This document shows, piece after piece, positions 50,911-59,926 of a stretch of 64,000 nt of DNA. Below the pieces are notes generated by a model that worked only from the letters and a program-made list of their open reading frames with translations, had not been told where the DNA came from and did not search any database. The first letter of the stretch is position 1. Each line of letters begins with the position of its first letter. The position numbers were made by a program, and so were the translations under genes. The stretch spans positions 1 to 64,000 of the forward strand of contig JBCBZT010000029.1 of the NCBI GenBank assembly GCA_039815185.1, written 5' to 3'. The DNA comes from Cyanobacteria bacterium P01_A01_bin.123 (lineage in GTDB: Bacteria > Cyanobacteriota > Cyanobacteriia > Phormidesmidales > Phormidesmidaceae).

Positions 50911-51585
50911 GTGATGTCCATAACTCAGATATTTGTGGCAGGGGGCATCGTTATGGTGCCGCTGCTGCTGTTTTCCATCGCCGCGATCGCGTTGTCTATC
51001 GAACGAGCCGTTTTCTGGTGGCGCATCAGCCGTCGTCAACGTCCGGTAGTGAAAACCATTTTGCAGTCCTATCGTTGCGATCCCCCGGCAGCTTTTGCGT
51101 CGCTGCGCTCCAACATTAATCTCCCGATTTCCCGCATTTTCCTCGAAGCGCTGGAGTTAGAAGGGGCCTCACCCAGTCAGTTTCGCTTGGCTTTAGAAGG
51201 GGCAACTCAGGCCGAGCTGCCGTTGCTCAAACGGTTCAACACGGTGTTCCAAACCATCATTGCCGTCGCTCCGTTGTTGGGGTTGTTAGGCACCATTTTG
51301 GGGTTGATTCGATCTTTTGCGGCAATTCAGATTGGTGAGTTGGGGGCCAATGCGGAAGCGGTTACGGGGGGCATTAGTGAAGCTTTGGTGTCTACCGCTG
51401 CAGGGATGGTGGTGGCGATTTTCACCCTAGTGGCGGCTAATTTATTTCGAGGACTCTACAAGCGTCAAGTGGCATTGCTTCAGGAATATGGCAGCCAGCT
51501 TGAAATCCTCTATGAGTGGCGATACCGGGATGGATTAATGGGTAGTCAATCTTCAGCGGAGTCAGCCTATGCGAGTTTGGGATAA
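50911..51585 (+). CDS. exbB: MotA/TolQ/ExbB proton channel
   Basis: APLLGLLGTILGLI, GISEALVSTAAG. Confidence 0.93.
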   Translation: MMSITQIFVAGGIVMVPLLLFSIAAIALSIERAVFWWRISRRQRPVVKTILQSYRCDPPAAFASLRSNINLPISRIFLEALELEGASPSQFRLALEGATQAELPLLKRFNTVFQTIIAVAPLLGLLGTILGLIRSFAAIQIGELGANAEAVTGGISEALVSTAAGMVVAIFTLVAANLFRGLYKRQVALLQEYGSQLEILYEWRYRDGLMGSQSSAESAYASLG

Positions 51586-51985
51586 CGAATCGGAGGAGGA
51601 ATTTGAAATTAATATCCTGCCGATGATTGATGTGATTTTTGCTATCCTGGCATTTTTCATTTTGTCGACGCTGTTTTTGACGCGCACTGAAGGACTATCG
51701 GTGAATTTGCCGGATGCAGAGAGTGCGACGCCGCGCCAGCAGGCCGATTTCACGGTGACGGTGACAGCGGCAGGGGAGATCACCCTTGACCAGGACCCGA
51801 TGGAACTCGCCGAGTTACAAAGTGCGGTTCAGGGTGCTTTGGAACCGGGGCAGGCAGCGGTGGTGACCATCCAGGCGGATGAGCAGGCTTACCACGGTCA
51901 GGTGATTGCAGTGATGGACGAGCTGCGACCGTTGGAGGATGTGCAACTGGGCATTGCCACGGAACCTGAAACGTCTCAGGAATGA
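51569..51985 (+). CDS. exbD: Biopolymer transport protein ExbD
   Basis: INILPMIDVIFAIL, VNLP, IQADE. Confidence 0.93.
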   Translation: MRVWDNESEEEFEINILPMIDVIFAILAFFILSTLFLTRTEGLSVNLPDAESATPRQQADFTVTVTAAGEITLDQDPMELAELQSAVQGALEPGQAAVVTIQADEQAYHGQVIAVMDELRPLEDVQLGIATEPETSQE

Positions 51986-52109
51986 AGCATACGGTGTGTC
52001 GCTCTCCTTCCACCATCCAAATGGGTTGTCCCGCCGCGATGGTCTAAGACCGGCCCCTAAAGATGACCAATCTTCACACGATTAGTTAGATGTTAACGAC
52101 TTGATAGAG

Positions 52110-53957
52110 CTAAAGCTTATGTCGCGCTTTGACGAATAGGCTGACTAGCATTCCTACGATAGCAACAATCAATGCTGCGAGGGAGATATAGCTCACTCCT
52201 TCGAGTATCGATCTCAAGCTAAAGTTGAGGATGCTGAGTATCGAGATTGTCGGGCTTAACGAAATAATTGGCAGGAAAATTACTCCGATAGACCCTGCGC
52301 ACAAACCTATCCATAGGAATCTCGCTCCTCCCAGTAGTGCCCCCACTGTTGCTGTAATTGCGGGAATATAAAAGGCTGCTATCACCCATTGCACCCAGAT
52401 TGGAGTAATCGCAATCACATCTTGGATAACCAGATCGACAGGTCTGAAAAATTGCGGCCAAGTGGTTAAGAGAAGTTGGCTGAGGAGGGTGCCTATGAGT
52501 AGAGCCGCAATAATCCATATAGCCCGGCGGCTAAAAGAATAAATATTTTTCAAGGTAGCATTAGGCCACCTTGAAGAGCCGATTTCTATGCTAAGAGTTG
52601 GATCCTTTGATTCAGAGATCAATTTGTGACCGGAAAAAATCCACTCGGCAATTTTATCGACTAGGGCGTTACGATGGGAATTTGAAAAATTCAAATAGGT
52701 GGTGTGGCTGATCAGGTGAAAGGAATCTGCCTTGTAGGCAATATCAATAGGTTCTGAGACATGGGTGGGTTGATCTGGCCTACTTCTAAAAGGTTGTGTT
52801 TCCCCTGCGACAGGATCAGTTGGATCATATATGTTGATCCATTGAAAGTCTTTATGAAAGACATCTTTATCCTCATTAATGGGTACAATTGGAGGCCACA
52901 AACTTGCAAAATTACTTAAAGGAGAGCCATAGGTAAGGAGGCCTCTACAATTCTTAAATAATCGTTTTCGATCTAAAATATACTCTTTGTTTCTCCAAGA
53001 TGGGTGATCGGGGAACATTGCTTTCCTTTCCCCCTCAGTTAAACATTCAACCCCTTGTGCAAGTCGGATTAAAGGTTCATCTTGGCCAGTTTTAGATGGG
53101 TTATCTATACATCTAAGCCATAGATCGTCGGTTAGATAGTTCGGCAAACACTGGGCTGTTTCCATGAGTCCATTGAAAGCCAGGACGGTTCCCTGACTGT
53201 GAGCTAGGATATACCAGCGCTCGTAGGGCATTAGCGACATTTTGACCATTCCCTGAATCATCCGCCTGCGTAATGTTACCCTGGGTGGCTGTCCCAAATC
53301 TTGAAGTGGGCCTTTTCCTATTCGTTCTCCTTGTTGGTAGAGTTTCACGTCGCCAATATACTGGGCGAATAGATCGGGACGAGGCAACTGTATGCCTAAT
53401 AATCGGCGCAAGACGTAGCTCAATAAAGACAGTGCTGGCAAAATCAACAGAATGACTAAGGCAACCCAAAACAATCGCAAGCGGTTTCCTGGTGTAAGCG
53501 ATGTTTGCCCCTCATGAATATTGGTGGGAAGCTGCATCCGCTTAAAACCGGGTTGTGGAGGATGAAAATAGCCCGGTATACTCCACAGTGATAAACCCCA
53601 GATCCAAAATCGTATTTGAGTCCATAGGCTATCTGGCTCATCTAGATCGGCCCACCACACTTGGTGAAAGTGAATTTGTGTAACATCGCTACTGTGTGAA
53701 TCAGGCTTAGAATCGATTACTTCTACTACCACAGGAGCTTTATCCCAAGCTTGCCAGGTTTCTTGCTCAGCTCCAAATGCAGCTTGAGAAGATGTATTCA
53801 CACTGACAAGAGTCGATCGATTCTTGTCTGGAGGCTTGGGTATCTCAGCAAGGGCGGTAATGATATTTCTAGCTGTTGCCTCAAGATATTTGAATTGACT
53901 TTGTTCCCCAATACCATGAACTAAGAGAATTCCGACTTTCTTTATGTCACTTTGCAT
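52110..53957 (-). CDS. Membrane-anchored alpha/beta-hydrolase-like protein
   Basis: LLVHGIG, nucleophile elbow AHSQG, LLTYGSPL, NIYDPTDPV, SHTTY; several C-terminal hydrophobic segments. Confidence 0.65.
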   Translation of the reverse strand: MQSDIKKVGILLVHGIGEQSQFKYLEATARNIITALAEIPKPPDKNRSTLVSVNTSSQAAFGAEQETWQAWDKAPVVVEVIDSKPDSHSSDVTQIHFHQVWWADLDEPDSLWTQIRFWIWGLSLWSIPGYFHPPQPGFKRMQLPTNIHEGQTSLTPGNRLRLFWVALVILLILPALSLLSYVLRRLLGIQLPRPDLFAQYIGDVKLYQQGERIGKGPLQDLGQPPRVTLRRRMIQGMVKMSLMPYERWYILAHSQGTVLAFNGLMETAQCLPNYLTDDLWLRCIDNPSKTGQDEPLIRLAQGVECLTEGERKAMFPDHPSWRNKEYILDRKRLFKNCRGLLTYGSPLSNFASLWPPIVPINEDKDVFHKDFQWINIYDPTDPVAGETQPFRSRPDQPTHVSEPIDIAYKADSFHLISHTTYLNFSNSHRNALVDKIAEWIFSGHKLISESKDPTLSIEIGSSRWPNATLKNIYSFSRRAIWIIAALLIGTLLSQLLLTTWPQFFRPVDLVIQDVIAITPIWVQWVIAAFYIPAITATVGALLGGARFLWIGLCAGSIGVIFLPIISLSPTISILSILNFSLRSILEGVSYISLAALIVAIVGMLVSLFVKARHKL

Positions 53958-54062
53958 AGCGATAATCTGGATTGAATCAGTTTACGAATAGTTACTTCGT
54001 TGGATAGCGACTTTTTATCTCTATCATCTACCGAGAGCGACGAAATATCCAGAATGTATAAC

Positions 54063-54208
54063 CTGGTCGGTGATAACTTGCCAATCGAGACTTAAGCGAT
54101 CGCAGATTTCCACAAACGTCGATTCCTCAGCGGGCCTGCCATTGAAGAATCGACTGATGGTCGATAAGTTTAAATCGACTAATTATTGACCTTTAGCGAT
54201 CGCGACAT
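54063..54208 (-). pseudogene. Decayed copy of the 5' (HTH) end of the NB-ARC/WD40 gene
   Basis: Reads MSRSLKVNN* and then LSTISRFFNGRPAEESTFVEICDRLSLDWQVITD; clear DNA similarity to 57650..57859 with an internal deletion. Confidence 0.8.
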
Positions 54209-54268
54209 AACCAATATGTTGTCTTGTATGGTGTTGCTTCATATTGTTGATAACGTCATGGGAGCCGT

Positions 54269-57200
54269 TCATGCTGAAATTGCCCCTAACGCTTGTAGCG
54301 AACTCTTTTGCGCTGCCGATAGCCCGGTGACCCCTATCAGATTCATTCCCTCATAGGGGCCAGGTAATTGAAGGGTATCAACGCATTGCCATGATTGAGT
54401 ATCCCAGAGCTTAATCGTATTTCCTTCGCCGCCACTGGCAAGCACCTTTCCATTCGGACTAAAGGCTAGCGCCCAAAGGATATGGTTATGGGCCTGGATG
54501 GTGTGACAGCATTCACCCGTATCCACATCCCAAATCTTTAAGCTGCCATCAAATGCACCACTGACAAATCTAGACTCGTCTGGTGAGAAGCAACCCGTTA
54601 AAACACCGCTAGTATGACCCACCAAGGTTTTGAGACATGCTCCCGTTCGCACATCCCACAACTTGATTTCACCATTAGAACTGGTACTGGCTAGCAGCCG
54701 ACTATCAGGGCTAAATGCGATCGAAAGCACCTGGTCAGAGTGCTGTGCTAGGGTCTGCAGACAGTTACCCGTTTCAACATTCCAGAGTTTGACGGTACAG
54801 TCTGTACTGCCTGTTGCCAGGTACATTGCATCAGGGGAAAACGCAACTGACCAAAGCGCATTCTCGTGTTCTGTTAATGTCTTTATACAGTTGTTGCTGG
54901 CAATACTCCAAAGTTTGCAGGTTTGATCGTCGCTAGCACTTGCCAAAAGCAGATTGTCATTAGGGTGAAATGCCACTGCACGGATGGCGCTAGTATGGCC
55001 CTTTAAAGTGCTATGCAAGGTAGCGTTGTCTAAACCCCAAACTTTGACAACAGCCTGGTCTCCACCGCCGCCACTGGCAAGATAATCACCTCCTGGGCTA
55101 AAGCTAATGTCAAAAATCGCACTGTCGTGGGATAGGATGGTGTGACATCTCCGTTGGGGCACATCCCAAAGTCGGATCTTGCCATCATGACTGCCACTGG
55201 CCAATATTTTTCCATCTGGTGAAAAGTCAAGGGACCAGACGGTGTTGGTATATCCTGAGAGAGTTTTCAGACAGTGACCACTGTTTGGGTTCCATATCCG
55301 GATCGTGCGATCTTGGCTACCCGTGTGGAGGAGGTTGTTATCTTTTGAAAAGGCTAGTGGCCAAACCCAGCTCGTGTGTCCCTGAAGCGCGCGCTCACAT
55401 AGATTAGATTCCAGATCCCAAAGCTTGATTAAACCACTGTAGTCGCCACTGGCAAGACGTTTACCATCGGCACTCACCTTTACTGAAAACACAGCATGCT
55501 GATGACCAGACAATGTGTTCAGGCAATGCCCTGTTTGTGGATCCCATACTCGAATCGTTTGATCATTGCCACCACTCACCAAGAACCGATCATCAGGACC
55601 AAAGTCAATACTCCAAATGCCTTGGGGATGTCCCTCTAGGATCTTAGTGCATTGCCCTTGTTGCCAGTCCCAAAGTCTTATACTGCCATCAAAACTAGCA
55701 CTGGCCAGTATGTTAGCTGTTTTCTTAGCAAAGACGACCGCTTTAACAGCGCCGGTATGTCCTTCTAATGTTTGCCAACATTGACCACTAGAAACATCCC
55801 ACAGTTTGATAGTCTGATCGAAACTGGCACTGGCAATTCGATCGCCACCTGGAGAAAACGCCACAGACCAGACGATTTGGCGATGCCCCTGAAAGGTTTG
55901 GACACACTGATGGTTGCTGACTCGCCAAATTTTGAGAGTGGCATCACCGCTACCCGTCAACAAATATTGGCCATCGGGAGAGAACGTGATTGCAGTGATC
56001 CCCTCCGGATGACCGCTGATAGTACCTAAAAATTCATAGGTACCTACTTGCCAAAGATGAATATTCCCCTGAAAATCACCAGCTGCCAGCAAGGTATTAT
56101 CTGGATTTAAGGTTAGAGCTGTGATAGCACCAAAATTCTGATTAAACCAACAGTCTTTAAAATTTGCCTGGGAAAAGTTGGTTTCTTGTAAGTTGACTTC
56201 TCGTAGGTTAGCTTGCCAGATCGCTAGATTTGAGAAGTCATAACCAGCAAGGTCAATTTGCAGCTGGCGGCACAGATTTATAAAGTTGCCAACACCATAA
56301 CCCGCGACTAGCTGCCTGAGAACTAGCAAAATAGAGGTCATATACTGACTGATGAGTTGTGGTTGTACCAAGGTTGTTTGTAGCCGTTGGACCAGAGGGG
56401 CAAGAATCATCCGTCGCTGGCTGTCGCGAATGTAATCTTTAGTGGTGATTTTGAGTAACGCATGGGTGCAGAACAGGAGCGGCGATAAAAAAGTAAGATC
56501 TCCCCGTTGACTCAGCCTGTCTAGTTCTCTACAAACTGTCTGAATCAACCGTTCAGTCACATACTCCATGATCACTGGCTGCTGAGTATATTGGCCTGCT
56601 TTGATTTCAATCAGCGATCGCCAGCTCAAGGATTCTAAAGCTTCAAAGATATTGGCGCGTGACGCCACTGGCCAAATATCATCCAGCAATTCAGATATGG
56701 TCGTCCATTCGCGATTTATGGACAGCCAGTATAAGATGCTTTGCTCAAGGGAAGAAAGCCGCTCAAATTGCTGATCAAGCAGTCTGCGAAAATCATTAAC
56801 AATAGGAGCATTTTCTTGCAAAAAGAGATTGATATCTCCATCGAAAATTGCCTGAATTGATGTGCCGACAATTTTGATGGCGAGTGGGTTATCCCCATAT
56901 CGTTGACAGAACTGTTTGATAATCTCCGGTTCCCCCAGCAACCCTTTGGCCTGAACAATGGCTTGGGCGGCTTCGACTGATCCGCTGAGCTGAAACGAGC
57001 GAGTTAACAACTGCTCGCTTTCTAAGCGGCCAATTTCGCTAGGTTTCTCTCGGCCAGTGATCATCAAACAACTGCGGTGCCTGGTTTCGCCGCATTGACG
57101 GAGTAAGGTACCGTAGTCTTCGTACCCAGCCCGGTATTGACCCGATTGGCCACTTTCCAGCAAGGTTTCGACATTGTCTAAAATCACCAAGCAACGACGC

Positions 57201-57859
57201 ATTCGTAACCAGTGAAAGAGCCGTTCTAGGGTGGGTTCTAGATCCTGCTGTTGCGAGAGAAAGGGAACTAAGGCTTGAAGCAAGGTCTTGAGGGGGGGCG
57301 CGTTGCGTACAGAGCGCCAGATAACGGCGTCAAAATCGGAGTGAATCGTACGTGCTAGTTTTGCTGCCAGGCTGGTTTTGCCAATACCCCCAATCCCTAA
57401 AATGGCAACTAGACGGCAATTCTCTGTGAGAATTGCGGTTTGTAACTGGGCTAACTCATCCCTGCGTCCGTGGAAAAAGGCGGTGTCAATCGCTTCGCCC
57501 CAATCCTGTTGCGGTTCGTTGGTTTTAGGCTCAGACTTTGATTCAGAGAGAGTTGCTGGGCCGTTGTTAGGCGCAATTGAGGCAGACTGAGAAGCTGGGG
57601 GCGATGTTGGTTCTGAGTCTGCTTGGGCAGCGGTACCCGCTATAAGATCGGTGATAGTTTGCCAATCGAGACTCAAGCGATCGCAGATTTCCACAAACGT
57701 CGCGAAGTCAACGGACTTGCCATTGAGGAATCGACTCACGGTCGATAGGGCCATATTCAGGTCTTCAGCCAAGGCGCGTTGGCTGCGCAAGCCACACCGC
57801 TTGAGGGAAGCTTTCACCAGCTCAATGGATTGACTATTGACCTTTAGGGAGCGGGACAT
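54269..57859 (-). CDS. STAND NTPase: XRE-like HTH + NB-ARC + pentapeptide + about 14 WD40 repeats
   Basis: SQRALAEDLNMALSTVSRFLNG HTH; Walker A GIGGIGKT; Walker B LVILDNVE; ANLREVNLQETNFSQANF; repeated GH...FSP...IKLWD. Confidence 0.93.
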   Translation of the reverse strand: MSRSLKVNSQSIELVKASLKRCGLRSQRALAEDLNMALSTVSRFLNGKSVDFATFVEICDRLSLDWQTITDLIAGTAAQADSEPTSPPASQSASIAPNNGPATLSESKSEPKTNEPQQDWGEAIDTAFFHGRRDELAQLQTAILTENCRLVAILGIGGIGKTSLAAKLARTIHSDFDAVIWRSVRNAPPLKTLLQALVPFLSQQQDLEPTLERLFHWLRMRRCLVILDNVETLLESGQSGQYRAGYEDYGTLLRQCGETRHRSCLMITGREKPSEIGRLESEQLLTRSFQLSGSVEAAQAIVQAKGLLGEPEIIKQFCQRYGDNPLAIKIVGTSIQAIFDGDINLFLQENAPIVNDFRRLLDQQFERLSSLEQSILYWLSINREWTTISELLDDIWPVASRANIFEALESLSWRSLIEIKAGQYTQQPVIMEYVTERLIQTVCRELDRLSQRGDLTFLSPLLFCTHALLKITTKDYIRDSQRRMILAPLVQRLQTTLVQPQLISQYMTSILLVLRQLVAGYGVGNFINLCRQLQIDLAGYDFSNLAIWQANLREVNLQETNFSQANFKDCWFNQNFGAITALTLNPDNTLLAAGDFQGNIHLWQVGTYEFLGTISGHPEGITAITFSPDGQYLLTGSGDATLKIWRVSNHQCVQTFQGHRQIVWSVAFSPGGDRIASASFDQTIKLWDVSSGQCWQTLEGHTGAVKAVVFAKKTANILASASFDGSIRLWDWQQGQCTKILEGHPQGIWSIDFGPDDRFLVSGGNDQTIRVWDPQTGHCLNTLSGHQHAVFSVKVSADGKRLASGDYSGLIKLWDLESNLCERALQGHTSWVWPLAFSKDNNLLHTGSQDRTIRIWNPNSGHCLKTLSGYTNTVWSLDFSPDGKILASGSHDGKIRLWDVPQRRCHTILSHDSAIFDISFSPGGDYLASGGGGDQAVVKVWGLDNATLHSTLKGHTSAIRAVAFHPNDNLLLASASDDQTCKLWSIASNNCIKTLTEHENALWSVAFSPDAMYLATGSTDCTVKLWNVETGNCLQTLAQHSDQVLSIAFSPDSRLLASTSSNGEIKLWDVRTGACLKTLVGHTSGVLTGCFSPDESRFVSGAFDGSLKIWDVDTGECCHTIQAHNHILWALAFSPNGKVLASGGEGNTIKLWDTQSWQCVDTLQLPGPYEGMNLIGVTGLSAAQKSSLQALGAISA

Positions 57860-58430
57860 AATCAGTAGAGGACCAGGTAGCTATGACTATATCAACCCAA
57901 AAATTGAGGCAGTTTACTGATTATGGTCCATCAATAGATTGCATCATATTGATGAATACTATCGATAGTGTGCATGGCAAGCCGTTGCTGATTGAAGGGA
58001 TGAACCGATTGAGTCGAAGCTAAAATCAAGAATCGACGCCTCAACCGCGCCTAACGCTTTCAGCATCAATTTCTGTTCAGTATTGCAAAAAATCCTTCCA
58101 GGACTTGCAGTTCTGCTAACTGGGCACTTCAGTCATAAGTCATACGAACTCAGTCATGATCTCGGTTATCAGACTGCTTTGATGAATGTAAACCGCATTT
58201 ATCGGCACTGCCGCAGCCTGTTTGTCCTTGCCATGCTGAATGAACTCTGACGCTATATCCAACCAGATTTTCTGCCCTGGCTTGAACTTACTTCTGCCAG
58301 CGCCGCGATCGCACCAACCAATTAAGAACAGTGCGATTGTATGCTGTCCAAAACGCAAAATATCAAGTCGAGCACTAATTCTTAGTCATCAGTGAGAGGT
58401 ATTTTGTGATCATTTATTACCTAAAAAACC

Positions 58431-58595
58431 ATGAAAGAGCAAAAGAAAACGACTGAACTACTGCAATCTATTGCTGAGGCAGAATAAGCCAAAGTCAACG
58501 GTGGAAATAAAGAAGACAATACAAAAAAGCGCGGCGGCGGTATGTCGATCAATAACCACAATGAAACGTTACTTAAGAATGAAGCGATCGCGTAA
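58431..58595 (+). pseudogene. Double-glycine-leader peptide A, interrupted by an in-frame TAA
   Basis: MKEQKKTTELLQSIAEAE*AKVNGG-NKEDNTKKRGGGMSINNHNETLLKNEAIA*; the stop is at 58485..58487. Confidence 0.65.
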
Positions 58596-58896
58596 TTTCG
58601 CCAATATCAGGCTCCTGCATAAGTAGTCATTCTCTAGGATAGACATGCTTTAAATCTTTATGTTCAATACTCATTCAATACCTGCAACATTCATCTTGAA
58701 AACACTTGTGGACTCACTTCACAAACGGAATAATATCTTAGGCATATTTTGAGCAGTTGACTTGTATTCAATCTCTCGATAGAAGCATAACGAGATGATG
58801 GCAAAGATCGCTTGAAATAGAGACTGAACTTGCCATTTGTCAAACGCATACTGCTTTATCTACTTGCGCTTAACGATGTTTTTGCCCAGCCAAACA

Positions 58897-58928
58897 GCGA
58901 CTCAAGAACAGCTTGAGCCGCCTTTTTT
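58897..58928 (+). terminator. Intrinsic terminator-like hairpin
   Basis: GCGACTCAAG-aacag-CTTGAGCCGC followed by CTTTTTT. Confidence 0.55.
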
Positions 58929-59182
58929 CATGTCTTTTTTGAGAAATTTTTTAATTATTAAAAATCTCAAAAAAAGGAAGAAAATTTTCTTTTCTTCTCG
59001 ACTTATTCTCGATTAAAAATTATTATCCTAGTGAAGCTAAAATAGAAAATAAGCGAAACGCTAAAAATGCTTTTTTATTTTCAATTTTCCTTCAATATTC
59101 CGGAATTTAATCATGCTTTATTGGAGTCAAAGCTGGTACTTAAATATGCCAAGTTAATCTATTGTTAGACAGGAGAAATATA

Positions 59183-59365
59183 ATGCAAGATCGCTATGTC
59201 TCAAACAAATCTGATGCTGCCAAGACCATTGATATTGACAACAAGCAATTGACTCTTCAAGAACTATCTGAAACTCAAATCAGTACGATTTCTGGTGGAG
59301 CTGGAGTTGGCATTAATCATCGGCTTAGCCTTACCATGACTCACGGCGACGGTTTGGGTTGGTAA
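59183..59365 (+). CDS. Double-glycine-leader peptide B
   Basis: AGGAG RBS at 59171; leader ends LQELSETQISTISGG; core AGVGINHRLSLTMTHGDGLGW. Confidence 0.75.
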   Translation: MQDRYVSNKSDAAKTIDIDNKQLTLQELSETQISTISGGAGVGINHRLSLTMTHGDGLGW

Positions 59366-59386
59366 TGATAAGGAGCCAGTAATTTC

Positions 59387-59449
59387 GTAGGGTGGGCAAG
59401 CCTATTCCCAGTAGGCTGTGCAATGGCCAAAATTTTGCTTGCCCACACG
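59387..59449. repeat. REP-like GTAG palindrome
   Basis: GTAGGGTGGGCAAGC...GCTTGCCCAC arms directly downstream of peptide B. Confidence 0.45.
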
Positions 59450-59508
59450 ATCCTGAATTTGATGAGTATTCGACAATTGTTACTCAATCACATACACCAG
59501 CTCCAGGA

Positions 59509-59619
59509 GAATCTCCATTGACAAACCTAGCTCTACCTACTATCGAAGATGCGGTGGGTAATGAGAAGTTTTAGTTAGGCAATAGGGCGATCGCTGAAGA
59601 TTTTGCTCACCCTAAGAAC
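59509..59619 (+). repeat. 111-bp diverged repeat, copy 1
   Basis: Ungapped alignment to 62057..62167, 69/111 identical by hand count. Confidence 0.6.
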
Positions 59620-59926
59620 CATGAACACCTGCCGCCTAAACCAACCAGAGTTTCTCGGCTGAAACGGTGCTCTTTCCATACAGACAATGTCAATAGGCTT
59701 TTCTCTTACTAGAGAGCCCTACTGCCATTTTGGGGGACTGATACTAGGAGTTAGTTAGCAGTTTCATAACCCAACGAGACCGTTGCCGGTGTTGGCTTAT
59801 TGCCTCGGTAAGGCTAGCCAACGTTACCTTAACCCAACCTCTAAGAGTAACGTTTATCCGTTACTCAGCCGATACCCTTTTACTTCGCGACAAAGCTGTT
59901 TATTTCAAATATTTGGAGTCTAAACC

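Noticed and set aside
1..52000. Siderophore biosynthesis cluster
   Set aside because: No NRPS, PKS or IucA/IucC genes in the window; only uptake, regulation and modification genes.
58140..58358. 72-aa minus-strand ORF
   Set aside because: TTG start, no RBS, no motif.
59392..59574. 60-aa ORF
   Set aside because: Starts inside a REP-like palindrome, has no GG leader and no recognisable motif.
59621..59760. Possible fifth, decayed GG-leader peptide (CTTACTAGAGAG...GCCATTTTGGGGGA)
   Set aside because: Two indels are needed to restore an LTxEQLxAIxGG pattern; too weak to call.
59640..59926. Riboswitch upstream of the serralysin gene
   Set aside because: Hairpins are present (GTTGGCT/AGCCAAC, AACGTTAC/GTAACGTT), but I could not match c-di-AMP or c-di-GMP consensus motifs; needs cmscan.
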